Assembly: GCA_963796965.1 (NCBI GenBank)
Contig: CAWCNS010000005.1
Location: forward strand, 288,001 to 352,000
Source of the DNA: Calditrichia bacterium
GTDB lineage: Bacteria > Calditrichota > Calditrichia > JAJRVZ01
Direction of reading: 5' to 3'
Length of the DNA: 64,000 nucleotides
Shown here: one piece after another, positions 11,118 through 22,572 of the stretch
Layout: each line of letters starts with the position of its first letter
How positions within the stretch are numbered: position 1 is the stretch's first letter
Made by a program: the position numbers and the translations under genes
Notes under the pieces: model-generated
Databases searched by the model: none
The model's input: the letters and a program-made list of their open reading frames with translations, nothing else
Told to the model about the DNA's origin: nothing

Positions 11118-14100
11118 ATGGTAACCACATTTGTAACAAAAATATTTGGTAGCAAACATGATCGGGATGTAAAGAAAGTTCTCCCGATTTTAGATGAGAT
11201 TGATGCCTTTGAAGAGGAGATAAAAGCGCTTGATGAAGAGGCATTAAAATCAAAGACTGCGGAATTCCGGGAGAGACTGGAAAAAGGTGAAACCACTGAT
11301 GACCTCTTGCCTGAAGCCTTTGCTGTAGTAAAAGAAGCTTGCCGCCGGCATGTTGGTAAGAGCTGGAATGTTGTGGGGAATGACCTGCTATGGGAAATGG
11401 TACCCTATGATGTTCAGTTAATCGGAGGTATTGTACTTCATCAGAGTAAGATTGCTGAAATGGCTACTGGTGAAGGGAAAACGTTGGTGGCTGTATTGCC
11501 GGTTTATCTAAATGCCCTCGCAGGCAAAGGTGTTCATCTCGTGACCGTCAATGATTATCTGGCCAAGCGAGATGCGGAATGGATGGGACAAATTTATAAC
11601 TATCTGGGATTAACCTATGGTGTAATTCTTAATGAAATGACACCGGAGCAGAGACGCGAAGCCTATAATTGTGACATAACTTATGGGACAAATAATGAGT
11701 TCGGTTTTGATTATCTTCGAGATAATATGGCAGGATCAGTGGATGATATTGTACAAACCAGAGGTCACAATTATGCAATCATTGATGAGGTGGACAATAT
11801 TCTTGTCGATGAGGCCCGAACACCGCTGATTATATCTGGTCCTGTTAGTGTTTCCACTCATAAGTATGGCGAACTCCAGCCGTTGGTTGAGCGATTGGTG
11901 GCTAAACAGAACAAGCTTGTCACCAGTATTATTGCAGAGGGTGAAGAATTACTTAAAAGTGATAAAGATATGGAGGCAGGAGAGAAGTTTCTGATTGCCG
12001 AGAAAGGTGGACCAAAACACCGCCGCCTGCAAAAACTCTATCAGGATCCAGCAAACAAAAAGCTGGTTCGGGAAGTTGAGAATGCGTATTTAAGGGATAA
12101 AGGTCAGAGTAAGGCTTCCGAGGAATCGTATTTTGGTGAATTATATTTCACCATCGACGAAAAGAATCATGTTATCGATCTAACTGAAACCGGAAGAACG
12201 GAATTGGCACCAAATGAGCCCGAGTTATTTCTTATCCCTGATATGGGTGAAGGGGTTGCAAAGATTGAAAATGATCCTGAATTAACAGAAGAAGAAAAGA
12301 TTGAGAAAAAAGCAGAATTACATGAAGTGTTCGGGCAGAGAAGCGAAAGATTGCAGAATATATCTCAATTATTACGTGCCTATGCCCTCTATGAAAAAGA
12401 TGTTGAATATGTTGTTACCGAAGGTAAGGTTTTAATCGTTGATGAATTTACTGGTCGTGTGATGCATGGCAGAAGATATAGCGATGGATTACACCAGGCA
12501 ATTGAAGCCAAAGAAAACGTAAAAATTGAGAGAGAAACTCAGACCTTAGCAACTATAACCCTCCAGAATTATTTCCGCATGTATGATAAACTAGCCGGTA
12601 TGACCGGTACAGCTGAAACTGAAGCAGGCGAATTTTGGGAGATATATAAACTCGATGTTGTTGTTATCCCGACAAATGAAGCAATCCGACGTATGGATTA
12701 TAATGATCTGATCTATCGTACCAAGAGGGAAAAGTATAATGCTGTTATAGATGAGATTGAAAGAATGAACAAAATGGCACGCCCGGTCCTCGTTGGTACA
12801 ATTACGGTTGAAGTCTCGGAAACGTTAAGTCGAATGCTCAAAAGACGTGGGATCAAACACAACGTGTTGAATGCCAAATATCATCAGCAGGAAGCGGAGA
12901 TTGTTAAAAATGCTGGTCAACCAGGTGCTGTTACAATTGCCACCAATATGGCCGGACGTGGAACGGATATTAAGTTAGCGAAACAAATTGTAAAATGTCA
13001 GGAAGGGTGTTACCTGAAAAGATCTGATGTGGATCCTCCTGCAGATATAAATGTTAAACAATGTGAAGCCAGTGTACCCTGTGGACTTCATATCATCGGC
13101 ACAGAGCGACATGAAGCACGTCGTATAGATCGGCAGTTACGTGGTCGTGCAGGGCGACAGGGAGACCCTGGATCGTCCCGGTTCTTTCTCTGTCTTGAAG
13201 ATGACCTGATGCGTCTTTTCGGTTCGGAGAGAATTGCCACAGTCATGAATCGGCTTGGTGCTGAAGAGGGTGAAGTAATTGTGCATCCCCTCATCACAAA
13301 ATCTATCGAAAAAGCCCAGAAGCGGGTTGAAACACAGAATTTTGCCATACGTAAGCGTCTGCTTGAATATGATAACGTTATGAATCAGCAGAGGGAGGTT
13401 ATTTATCAGCGCCGGTCAATTGCTCTAAAGGGAGAAGAACCCAAGCAAGAGGTTCTGGATATTCTGGACGATTTTATCGACAATCAAATTGATCAGTTTG
13501 TACAGCCCAAAGCCCATCCGGAAGACTGGGAGATTGATGCTTTATTAGAATCAATCGGAGTCTGTTTTACCGCTTGATGTAAACAGAATCAAAGAAAATT
13601 TATATTCTCTGTCAAGAGAAGATCTTGCAGATATGATACAATCCATGGCGATGGAGATATATGATCTTAAAGAACATCGTGTTGGCGATGAACGTATGCG
13701 TATCTTTGAACGTTTTTTAATATTGAGAATTATTGATGATGAGTGGAGAGATCATCTTTATGAGATGGATATGCTTAAGGAAGGTATACATCTCAGGGCT
13801 TATGGTCAAAAAGATCCATTGATGGAATATAAGCGCGAATCATATTTAATGTTTGAAAGTCTGATTGGTCGGATTGATGAAAAGACATTGAATATTCTTT
13901 GGAAATTCCAGGTCCAGGATGATCCCGACACCCAGAGACGAAGAATACCCACCCAGAGAATGCGTACCGTTCATGAAAATGCCGTGAATTTAGGATATGC
14001 ATCTGCAGAGGAATCTGATATTCAACGGGCATCAAGGGAACGATCAGAAAAGCAACAGCCAATACGCTCTTCAGAGGAGAAGGTTGGTAGAAATGATCCT

Positions 14101-14151
14101 TGTACGTGTGGTAGTGGTAAAAAATATAAAAAGTGTTGTGGTGCGGTTTAG
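11118..14151 (+). CDS. secA: preprotein translocase subunit SecA (frameshift near 13560)
   Basis: [36 protein letters not shown]-terminal [22 protein letters not shown]. Confidence 0.96.
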
Positions 14152-14263
14152 AAACCAATAATTAGAAAGCGGAATGCTGAAAGCAGTAATGATTACCATG
14201 GTTTTCTGCCTTCTGCTCTTTGCATCTTGATAGGGATCAGGATACTTGCAAGATTATTTTTTC

Positions 14264-14291
14264 GTAACGGCGCGATTAATCGCGCCGTTAC
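14264..14291. repeat. perfect 28-bp palindrome (REP-like) between convergent secA and add
   Basis: GTAACGGCGCGATT|AATCGCGCCGTTAC. Confidence 0.85.
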
Positions 14292-14337
14292 ACTTTTCCC
14301 TCTAATATTTAATTTTTCTCATATCTCTTCAGTATTA

Positions 14338-15367
14338 TCAGTATTTCTCCAACTCATTATTCACCAGATTCAACATTATAGCCCGTTCACGCATGGGAAG
14401 AAAGGCGCTTTTAAATCCAGATACGATGAGGGTTTTAAGGTCGTTCATATTCAGATTGGCGTATTTTGCTGCTAATCCTAGCTCATTAGTAACGGTCGTG
14501 TCGGATATCAACCGGTTATCTGTATTTATTGTTGTTCTCAATCCGAAATCATAGTAAAACTTCAGAGGATGCTTTTCTAATGATGGTGTTGCTTTAGTCT
14601 GCACATTACTTGTAAGGCAAATTTCCATTGGAATCCGATGGTCGTTTACATAATTGAGAAGATCTCCGTCTTCAAGCAATCTGGTGCCATGTCCAATTCT
14701 ATGGGCACCGCAATAATGAATGGCCTGGTGAATGCTTTCCGGTCCATAGGCTTCACCTGCATGAGCAGTGGTATTAATGTTATTGTTCAAAATGCGATAA
14801 AATGCCTCGCGGTGGTGCTTGGCAGGGTAACTTTCTTCCATACCGGCCAAATCAAATCCAACAACACCACGGTGCTTATAAGCCACTGCAAGATCGGCAA
14901 GCATCATTGATGACTCTGGGGAAATATTTCGCATCCCACAAACGATCACTCCGGTTTTGATTTCGTGTTTTTTCTCTGCCTGACGTAATCCGGCAAGAAC
15001 GGCATCAATAATCGTGGTTAATTTTAAGCCTTTTTTTGTATGTAATATGGGGGAATAACGGATCTCCATATACCAGACATTCTCTTCAGCTGCATCTTCT
15101 GCTAACTCATAGGCAACCCTGTAAAGTGCCTCTTCCTCTTGTAGAACCGACAATACAATGTCAAATGGGAGAAGATATTCTTTAAGACTTTTGCATTTAA
15201 GCCCGGGTACGAGCAAGCTTTTTTAGTTCTGTTTCCGATTTTGCAGGTAAAGAAACATTTTGTTTATTCGCAAGGTCAAGGAGTGTTGAGATTCGTACTG
15301 ATCCATCGAGATGAACATGTAGATCAGTCTTTGGCATGGCTTTGATTATTTTTTTGTCAATTTCCAT
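14338..15367 (-). CDS. add: adenosine deaminase (frameshift near 15220)
   Basis: N-terminus [23 protein letters not shown] read from sequence; HAGE, RIGHG, TINTDN. Confidence 0.9.
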
Positions 15368-15373
15368 AATCCA

Positions 15374-15946
15374 TCATCCATAAATATTTTGGTTATAAAA
15401 CGGAGCAAAAGCAAATTCGAGGGCATCCTCAAAAAAGTGCTGTCTATTAACAAGACCATCGGTAAATATTCCAACGGCACCCATCTTAGACCGGATATCT
15501 TCCTGACCAATGATCTTATCTATTACTTCGGCCAATTCCTGACCTTGATTAATAATTGGATCATAAATATTCTTGGGAACGGAGATAGCACCGGAAGAAC
15601 CCCAACAACCTTTTTGACCATCATAAACATAAACCCAACTTTGTAAAAAATATTCTGTTTGATTCCCTTGCTCAGGATTTAAAGAAAAGATCCCCCCTTC
15701 GAGACCAATGGTGAAAATAGATTTTATCTCTTTGCTATTTAGTTCATGGGCTAAGGATAATGCGCGATTCCGGGCACCGCACATCATTTCTATCTGATTG
15801 AGTGGCATATCCGGAACACCAGAGGGTGTTGTCTTGGTGATAAATTTAAAACCTGGAGGCAGGTTTAATTTATGCGCGATGCGCTCTAAAACTGCCTTGC
15901 AGGCAACAACTTTTGGTGGGTTCTTGGTACCGATACCAATGATCAT
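15374..15946 (-). CDS. yjjX: inosine/xanthosine triphosphatase (YjjX/DUF84)
   Basis: GTKNPPKV, SGVPDMP, GARNRA, IGLEGG, GAVGIFTDG. Confidence 0.85.
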   Translation of the reverse strand: MIIGIGTKNPPKVVACKAVLERIAHKLNLPPGFKFITKTTPSGVPDMPLNQIEMMCGARNRALSLAHELNSKEIKSIFTIGLEGGIFSLNPEQGNQTEYFLQSWVYVYDGQKGCWGSSGAISVPKNIYDPIINQGQELAEVIDKIIGQEDIRSKMGAVGIFTDGLVNRQHFFEDALEFAFAPFYNQNIYG

Positions 15947-16797
15947 TCGTTCTCAGAATCAGGTGAATCCGCATCAATTGTCTGGAGTGAATCAAGGATC
16001 GATGGTTCTTCAGAGTCATCCGCAGGAAGTTCAATTTCAGGTGGAGGTTCCGAGATAGTTTCGGTCGTTTCAATTATCCCTTCAGGTGCTTCTTCTGATG
16101 TCTCTGTTGGTCCTGGGATCTCTGTACTGGTCAGGCCGGCTTCAGCACCTGCCGGAAGCGGGATTTCAGTAGTATTCGTGGGATCATTAAGTTTTGTCCT
16201 CGCCATGGTGCTGTAGGGAGAAGAAGGATAGGTAGAAATAACCTCCTGATAGGCCTTACTGGCTGTTTCAATATCTTTAATTTTGGCATAAGATAATGCC
16301 ATGCGATAAAGGGCCATGGCTTTTGTTGCATTATCTGAACTATTAGGATAAAATACAGCCTTCTTATAAAAATTGGCAGCATGTGAATAGTCCATTGAAT
16401 CGGTAGTGACTGTTCCCGGATTCCATTTGGCTGAATTTTCATAAAACGCGCCAATTTGAGCATATATAGAAGGCACCTTCTCTGGAATAATATTTTCTTT
16501 CAAAACCCTTAGAAGAAGATCAAATTGTTCTTCATATTCTTCTTTTCCGCCATAGGAGTTGGCAATTATTAATTGGGCGTCGATATGTAGATCAGATGTT
16601 GGAAAATGATCTAATAACAATTGGGCCAATTTCATAGATTCGTCATACTTACCCGCGTTATAGGCCTGTTTGCTTTTTAATAGCATCGACTCGGGTGTTT
16701 CATTTTCCATGACCAATTCTTCTTTACTGCCACCGCACCCTAAAAATGCAGAAAGAAGTAATAGGGTAATTAAGGTGTTAATTACTTTTATCATCAT
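15943..16797 (-). CDS. TPR-containing lipoprotein
   Basis: lipobox LGC; TPR-like ALYRMALSY...YQEVISTYPSS; acidic tail. Confidence 0.75.
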   Translation of the reverse strand: MMIKVINTLITLLLLSAFLGCGGSKEELVMENETPESMLLKSKQAYNAGKYDESMKLAQLLLDHFPTSDLHIDAQLIIANSYGGKEEYEEQFDLLLRVLKENIIPEKVPSIYAQIGAFYENSAKWNPGTVTTDSMDYSHAANFYKKAVFYPNSSDNATKAMALYRMALSYAKIKDIETASKAYQEVISTYPSSPYSTMARTKLNDPTNTTEIPLPAGAEAGLTSTEIPGPTETSEEAPEGIIETTETISEPPPEIELPADDSEEPSILDSLQTIDADSPDSENE

Positions 16798-16815
16798 ACT
16801 CTCCTTTTGGAGGAC

Positions 16816-18117
16816 TTAGTTTTTAAATGATTGAATTTTAATATTGGCTTCACTTACAATGGTATCAATATTGTAATTAACCGGTTGACGATTACGCATT
16901 GCCCATTGGCCATCTATCATCAAATGGTCAATTCCCGATGAATTAGTAGAATATACGACTTTAGAGTATATATTTTCAAAGGGAATTGTATCAAATTGAT
17001 TTATTTTACAAAAAGCAAGATCTGCCTTCTTTTCTTCTTCGATGCTTCCGATTTGATCTCCAATACCAAGCGCCCTGGCACCCTCAATCGTTGCCATCCT
17101 GAATACGGTCTCAGAATCCATGCAGGTTGGACCATGAATTGGTTTTTGGATAAGAGCCGCCAGCCTCATTTCATTAAACATATTCAAATTATTATTGCAG
17201 GGGGCGCCATCAGCCCCGAGAGAGACAGAAATACCTCTTTTAAGATATTCCGGGACGGGGGCAATTCCCGACCCTAGTTTTAAATTAGCACTTGGGCAAT
17301 GTAAAACTTTAATTTGGTTATCCTCCAGAATATCCTTCTCAGATCTATCCAGCCAGATGCAATGGGCGAGACATACGTTTGGACCTAAAATACCCAATTT
17401 TTCGAAGGCGGAAATATTTCTCGTCCCAGTAGATTCAACCACCAAGCGAACCTCATCTGTATTTTCTGCTGCATGAGAATGGAATATAAGGTCCTCTTTT
17501 TGACAAACAGTAAAAACTTCTTTTAGTAAATCTTCGCTACATGAAAGGATAAATCTTGGAGCAAAAGCATATTTAATACGTCCATTGGCTTTGTTATGCC
17601 AGTTTTGCATTAGATTTAAACTCGTCTCAAGGGCATCGTCTGTGGATTCAAGAAGACTGTCTGGTGTCTCCCCATTATCCATCATTGTTTTACCACAATA
17701 GGCTCGTATACCACTTTTCTCTATTTCTTCAAATACAACATGCATATGGTGTACAGTGCCCATATCCATAATGGTACTGGTTCCACCAAGGAGAAGTTCA
17801 ACCAGACCCAGTTGGGCACTGGTACGTAAGGTGTCCTCGGTATGAGCGCCCTCAAGGGGCCATATCTTTTTCTTTAACCAATCAAGTAAGTTAAGATCGT
17901 CTGCCATATTCCGAAAAAGCGTCTGGCAGAGATGGATATGGGTTTGCACAAATCCTGGCATCACGATATAGTCTGATGCATCAAATATTTCTGCTTTTGC
18001 TTCATCGATACGATGAGCAATTTTTACAATTTTTGAATCCTCGATAAGCAGATCCCCTCTGAACACATCAGATTGTTCATTGACTGTGAGGATCAGGCCA
18101 TTTTTTATTACTAGCAA
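16816..18117 (-). CDS. amidohydrolase, MtaD/5'-deoxyadenosine deaminase-like
   Basis: PGFVQTHIH, HSHAAE, AHCIW, HCPSANLKLGSG, GADGAPCNN. Confidence 0.88.
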   Translation of the reverse strand: MLVIKNGLILTVNEQSDVFRGDLLIEDSKIVKIAHRIDEAKAEIFDASDYIVMPGFVQTHIHLCQTLFRNMADDLNLLDWLKKKIWPLEGAHTEDTLRTSAQLGLVELLLGGTSTIMDMGTVHHMHVVFEEIEKSGIRAYCGKTMMDNGETPDSLLESTDDALETSLNLMQNWHNKANGRIKYAFAPRFILSCSEDLLKEVFTVCQKEDLIFHSHAAENTDEVRLVVESTGTRNISAFEKLGILGPNVCLAHCIWLDRSEKDILEDNQIKVLHCPSANLKLGSGIAPVPEYLKRGISVSLGADGAPCNNNLNMFNEMRLAALIQKPIHGPTCMDSETVFRMATIEGARALGIGDQIGSIEEEKKADLAFCKINQFDTIPFENIYSKVVYSTNSSGIDHLMIDGQWAMRNRQPVNYNIDTIVSEANIKIQSFKN

Positions 18118-18539
18118 ATCTGCGGGACTTCCCTGAAATTTATATCAGATATAAATATAATATTTCTAAGTAGTTGTAGAAAGAATATTCGGCAAAAATA
18201 GTTATAAATGTGAATTATTTTTGATATTTCTTACCAAATTACAAAGATGTCGATAAAAAACAAATATTTTGTTGTTATCGATATCTGCTTTCAGAATAGG
18301 GGGGAATGTTTTTGGGGATTCTTTAATCAGATGTTTTTTATAGATAGTGTCATATGATCCCAAAGTCTCTTTATTTTAGACATGATCACCCCTTCGGGAT
18401 TATCCTGTCAAAAATTCTTTTTCTGATATCATTTTCCTTATTTATAGTTTGTATCATATGATACTCAAATATGCTTTTTCTCAAATTCTGCCCAGTTATT
18501 TCCTATATCAATCGAATACACTCTCCCCAAGTTCTATTG

Positions 18540-18641
18540 AATAGCACGCGGATAAACAGGATTGAGCTGATGATCGCGGATTTTTAATTAATTTTATGTA
18601 TCCGCGCAAATCCGTTTGATCAGCGAAATCAGCGTTCTATT
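18540..18641. repeat. imperfect palindromic intergenic element (MITE/REP-like)
   Basis: AATAGCACGCGGAT...GATCGCGGAT / ATCCGCG...ATCAGCGTTCTATT arms. Confidence 0.6.
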
Positions 18642-18674
18642 ATTTTTTCTATGGTTTTATAGTATCATACGATA

Positions 18675-21089
18675 CTATTTCAAAAGCACCATTTTCTTGA
18701 TTTGTGTATACGCATTCGTTTTAATTCTGTAATAGTACACGCCACTCGACAAGTTGTTAGCATTGAATGAAATCTTATGATTACCGGCTGCTTTGTATTC
18801 GGAAACCAATGTGATGACTTCCTGGCCATTCACATTGAATATGCTTAATATGACATGCGCGGGTGAGGGTAGCTGATAACTAATAACTGTTTCCGGGTTA
18901 AAGGGGTTTGGATAGTTCTGACTAAGATTATAGGTTTTTGGAATTTTAGTCGAAAGACCAGGAAGATTTGATATACCCTTATTTATCAGAGATATGTCAG
19001 CAGCATGAGAAATCACCTTGTCTTCATTCCACCTGAATTTTTCTATTGAGACGACGGTAGAATCACTATCTAAATCTTCCGCTACGTCAAATTTAAGCGT
19101 ACAAAATTCATCTTCAGCTTCATTGTATGGTTCTGTGATTGCGCCACAAAATTTTATCAATCCTTCTAAAGAATTTACTTCAACAAGCAGTCCATCTAAA
19201 TTCTCAGACCATACGATCTCGTTGAATACAAGATCCTTGGCATTAAAATGGATTTCTCCTTCAAATGAAAGAATATTTTTTCCACTCACTATATAAACGG
19301 GGAGGGACAACATTTCTCCCAGATATATATCTTGGTTAATGGTGAGAATCGTCCCTGAGACAACAGGAACGCCAACAGAGGAATCGTAGGGTAAGGAATC
19401 GATCAGCCCAACGCCGAATTGAAGAATATAAGTGGCATCTAATGCAGATAAGGTCTTGTCCAGACTGACATCAGCATTGGCAATCTGAAAGGTATCTAAA
19501 TTTGCCTTACCCACTACCTCTTTTAGAACCAGTGACGCATCGTATGCCCCGATCCTGCCGTTGAGATCAACATCTCCATAAAGGTTTGGAAATATGATTA
19601 TTTTCCCTGAAGCTTTTTTGATTAATGAAGTGCCTGTGTTGAATATTGCCGATTCAATCGTGAGAGGAACCGGATTTGATGAACTTTCCGGGATCTCAAA
19701 TTTCAACCAGAAAAGTATGCCTGTACCATAGATATCTTTAGAACCGGCAAGCCATACCTTTAATTTACTCTCCACCTCATTGCTTTCTAAAAGCCACCCG
19801 GCATCGCCGCTTAATGAGGAATCAGTAACTAATTCCAGGAGATTTAGTTGCCCAACATAGCCCCCGATCTCAATCTCAGCTGAACTGACTGAGTCATTCT
19901 CTGCAAACTGAATATTTAGCGGTACGCATATGGTGTCACCCTCAAAGACATGGTGATTGTAAAAGAAAAGGGTAGTAATTTTTGTTATGTCCGGGACTTG
20001 TTCATACCATTTGATCATATCACCTTCCCACTGGGAGGTGATGATGTCCTGATTACCATCACCATTGATATCTTCCACATAAACCTGCGTAACACGTTCA
20101 GCTTGTGTTGTAACTACATGTTCAATAAAGTAGCCTTCGCCCATATTTTCAAAGAGGAGAATCCTGTTGTCACTTCCGCCCACAGCGATAATATCATTAT
20201 CTCCATCCCAGTCCATATCCGTGGCATAGACAGAGATGGCATCACCCAAAGAGTCAGTCAGGGAATGGAATGTGAATTTTTCATCACCATCATTTTCGTA
20301 CCAGGAAACTGTTTTATCATATAAAGAGGTTGTGAGCACATCAATATCACTATCACTATCCAAGTCAATTGCAAAAACGGATCTTGCCCCATCTGCAATA
20401 GATGTGATTACATGTTCACTAAAATTTTGCTCGCCATCATTCTCAAACCAGGCAATTTTATCATCGAGCCATGAGGCGGATAATACATCAATGTCAGAAT
20501 CACCATCTAAATCGATTGCATATACAATATGTACACCATCAGTATTGGTTGTTATGGTATGCGTGGTAAAATTTTCCTCACCATCATTTTCATACCAGGC
20601 AACTCGATCATCCTGATCAGAGGCAGAAAGAACATCAATGTCAGAATCACCATCAACATCGATGGCAAAGACACCATAAGCCCCATTTGCGGTTGTTGAA
20701 ATAATATGGGGAACAAAATCTTGAAACCCATCATTTTCATACCAGGCAATTTTGTCGTCTATTGCTGAAGCGGATAGTACATCCATGTCTCCGTCACCAT
20801 CAATATCTATAGCATATACCGAAGTGGTAGCATTTACATCGGTACTAATAATATGGTTGTCAAAGATATTATTGCCCAGGTTTTCACACCAGATTATTTC
20901 ATCATTATTAAAGGAACAGGTTATAACATCGATATCCTGGTCATTATCAATATCAACGGCATAAACACCATAAGCGCTATAATCAGATCCTGATATACTG
21001 TGATCTTTAAATTCCCACTGTGCACTTAAATTTGAAAAAAGAATAATGGTTAATAGCAGAAGACAAGAATTAAAACTTTTTAAGTTCAT
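18675..21089 (-). CDS. secreted FG-GAP/VCBS repeat protein with cohesin-dockerin-cohesin region and T9SS-type C-terminal domain
   Basis: about 7 DxDGDxDxD repeats; YGDVDLNGRIGAYDA and ADVSLDKTLSALDA dockerin repeats; LSQNYPNPFNPET...SGVYYYRI...KKMVLLK. Confidence 0.85.
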   Translation of the reverse strand: MNLKSFNSCLLLLTIILFSNLSAQWEFKDHSISGSDYSAYGVYAVDIDNDQDIDVITCSFNNDEIIWCENLGNNIFDNHIISTDVNATTSVYAIDIDGDGDMDVLSASAIDDKIAWYENDGFQDFVPHIISTTANGAYGVFAIDVDGDSDIDVLSASDQDDRVAWYENDGEENFTTHTITTNTDGVHIVYAIDLDGDSDIDVLSASWLDDKIAWFENDGEQNFSEHVITSIADGARSVFAIDLDSDSDIDVLTTSLYDKTVSWYENDGDEKFTFHSLTDSLGDAISVYATDMDWDGDNDIIAVGGSDNRILLFENMGEGYFIEHVVTTQAERVTQVYVEDINGDGNQDIITSQWEGDMIKWYEQVPDITKITTLFFYNHHVFEGDTICVPLNIQFAENDSVSSAEIEIGGYVGQLNLLELVTDSSLSGDAGWLLESNEVESKLKVWLAGSKDIYGTGILFWLKFEIPESSSNPVPLTIESAIFNTGTSLIKKASGKIIIFPNLYGDVDLNGRIGAYDASLVLKEVVGKANLDTFQIANADVSLDKTLSALDATYILQFGVGLIDSLPYDSSVGVPVVSGTILTINQDIYLGEMLSLPVYIVSGKNILSFEGEIHFNAKDLVFNEIVWSENLDGLLVEVNSLEGLIKFCGAITEPYNEAEDEFCTLKFDVAEDLDSDSTVVSIEKFRWNEDKVISHAADISLINKGISNLPGLSTKIPKTYNLSQNYPNPFNPETVISYQLPSPAHVILSIFNVNGQEVITLVSEYKAAGNHKISFNANNLSSGVYYYRIKTNAYTQIKKMVLLK

Positions 21090-21422
21090 GATCAGATCCT
21101 ATTTTTGATCACAATTTATGGAGACTCTCATTGTTATTGACTAACTCTATTACCAAGGATTTAACTCTTATTTAAATATAATATCTTCACAAAAAAAACC
21201 ATGTGATGAATGGCACAAGGCAATTGGGTTAATATTAATAATTAATACGGTTAATAAATAATCGTTTTCTGATTTGATATCTTGAATTTATTTATAGTGG
21301 CGATTGCTTTGGCCGATCCCTTGATTTATAGGCATGGTGAAGGCAATTATCACTGGTACTTAGTTAGGAAGAGGAGGGCGAAATATATCGCCATGAAATG
21401 TGATCAGATGTGGCTACTAGCC

Positions 21423-21451
21423 TTGACATAAAATTCACAATTAGTTAAATT
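21423..21451 (+). promoter_or_regulatory. sigma70-type promoter of gap operon
   Basis: TTGACA-17 nt-TAAATT. Confidence 0.6.
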
Positions 21452-21505
21452 ATAAGTTTATTGATAAAACCTATAAATATATATATTGGAGAAAAGGAGC
21501 GTGTC

Positions 21506-22507
21506 ATGAGTATTCGTGTAGCCATAAATGGATTTGGAAGAATCGGAAGGTTGGTTTTTAAAAGAGCACAACAAGATGATGAAATTGACTTTGTCGCTAT
21601 TAATGATTTAACAGATGCCAATACCCTGGCCCATTTGTTGAAATATGATTCTGTTCATGGAAGGTATCCAGCAAAAGTATCAGTTGAAGGTGATAGTCTG
21701 ATTGCAGGGAATGACAAGGTTAAGGTTCTTGCCGAACGGGATCCTTCAAAATTGCCCTGGGGTGATCTTGGGGTTGATTATGTGATTGAATCAACGGGTG
21801 TTTTTAGAGCGAGAAAACAATTAGAAAATCATCTGAACCAAGGTGCAAAAAAAGTTGTATTAACCGTGCCGGCAAAAGATGAAATTGATAATACGATTGT
21901 ACTCGGCGTTAATGATGAAGAATTAAAAGCCAGCGATAGGATCGTTTCTAATGCCTCATGTACAACCAACTGTCTGGCACCCGTTGCCAAGGTTTTGCAT
22001 GATAATTTTGGGATACTCAGGGGTCTGATGACGACGATTCATGGCTATACAAATGATCAGGTTTTGCTTGATCTGCCTCATAGTGACCTCCGTCGTGGCC
22101 GTGCCGCTGCCGTAAGCATGATTCCTACGACCACCGGTGCTGCCCGTGCGGTTGGAAAAGTTATTCCTGCCCTTAATGGGAAATTAGATGGCGGTGCCAT
22201 GCGTGTACCTGTAAGTGATGGCTCTCTTGTGGATTTGGTAGCAGTTGTCGAGAAGAATACAACTGCTGATGAAATAAATGCAGCAATGAAAAAAGCGGCT
22301 GATGGCCCAATGAAAGGCATTCTTGAGTATTGTGAAGATCCTATTGTGTCAGTTGACGTTATCGGTAATCCACATTCAAGTGTATTTGATAGTCTTTCCA
22401 CGACTGTCAAGGATGAAAATTTTGTTAAGATATTTTCATGGTATGATAATGAATGGGGTTATTCATGTCGTACGGTTGATTTGGTGAAAATGATGGCAAA
22501 GATGTAA
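21506..22507 (+). CDS. gap: glyceraldehyde-3-phosphate dehydrogenase
   Basis: INGFGRIGR, SNASCTTNCLAP, WYDNEWGY. Confidence 0.97.
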   Translation: MSIRVAINGFGRIGRLVFKRAQQDDEIDFVAINDLTDANTLAHLLKYDSVHGRYPAKVSVEGDSLIAGNDKVKVLAERDPSKLPWGDLGVDYVIESTGVFRARKQLENHLNQGAKKVVLTVPAKDEIDNTIVLGVNDEELKASDRIVSNASCTTNCLAPVAKVLHDNFGILRGLMTTIHGYTNDQVLLDLPHSDLRRGRAAAVSMIPTTTGAARAVGKVIPALNGKLDGGAMRVPVSDGSLVDLVAVVEKNTTADEINAAMKKAADGPMKGILEYCEDPIVSVDVIGNPHSSVFDSLSTTVKDENFVKIFSWYDNEWGYSCRTVDLVKMMAKM

Positions 22508-22526
22508 TTTAAAAACAGATGACTTA

Positions 22527-22561
22527 AAGGGGGACTGTTATTCGGCGGTCCCCCTTTTTTT
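22527..22561 (+). terminator. hairpin/partial terminator between gap and pgk
   Basis: AAAGGGGGACTG...CGGTCCCCCTTTTTT. Confidence 0.7.
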
Positions 22562-22572
22562 AGGAGGAAAAG

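Noticed and set aside
3297..14151. Programmed frameshifting or pseudogenisation of aspS and secA
   Set aside because: Essential genes with intact motifs; similar breaks throughout the window point to sequence error
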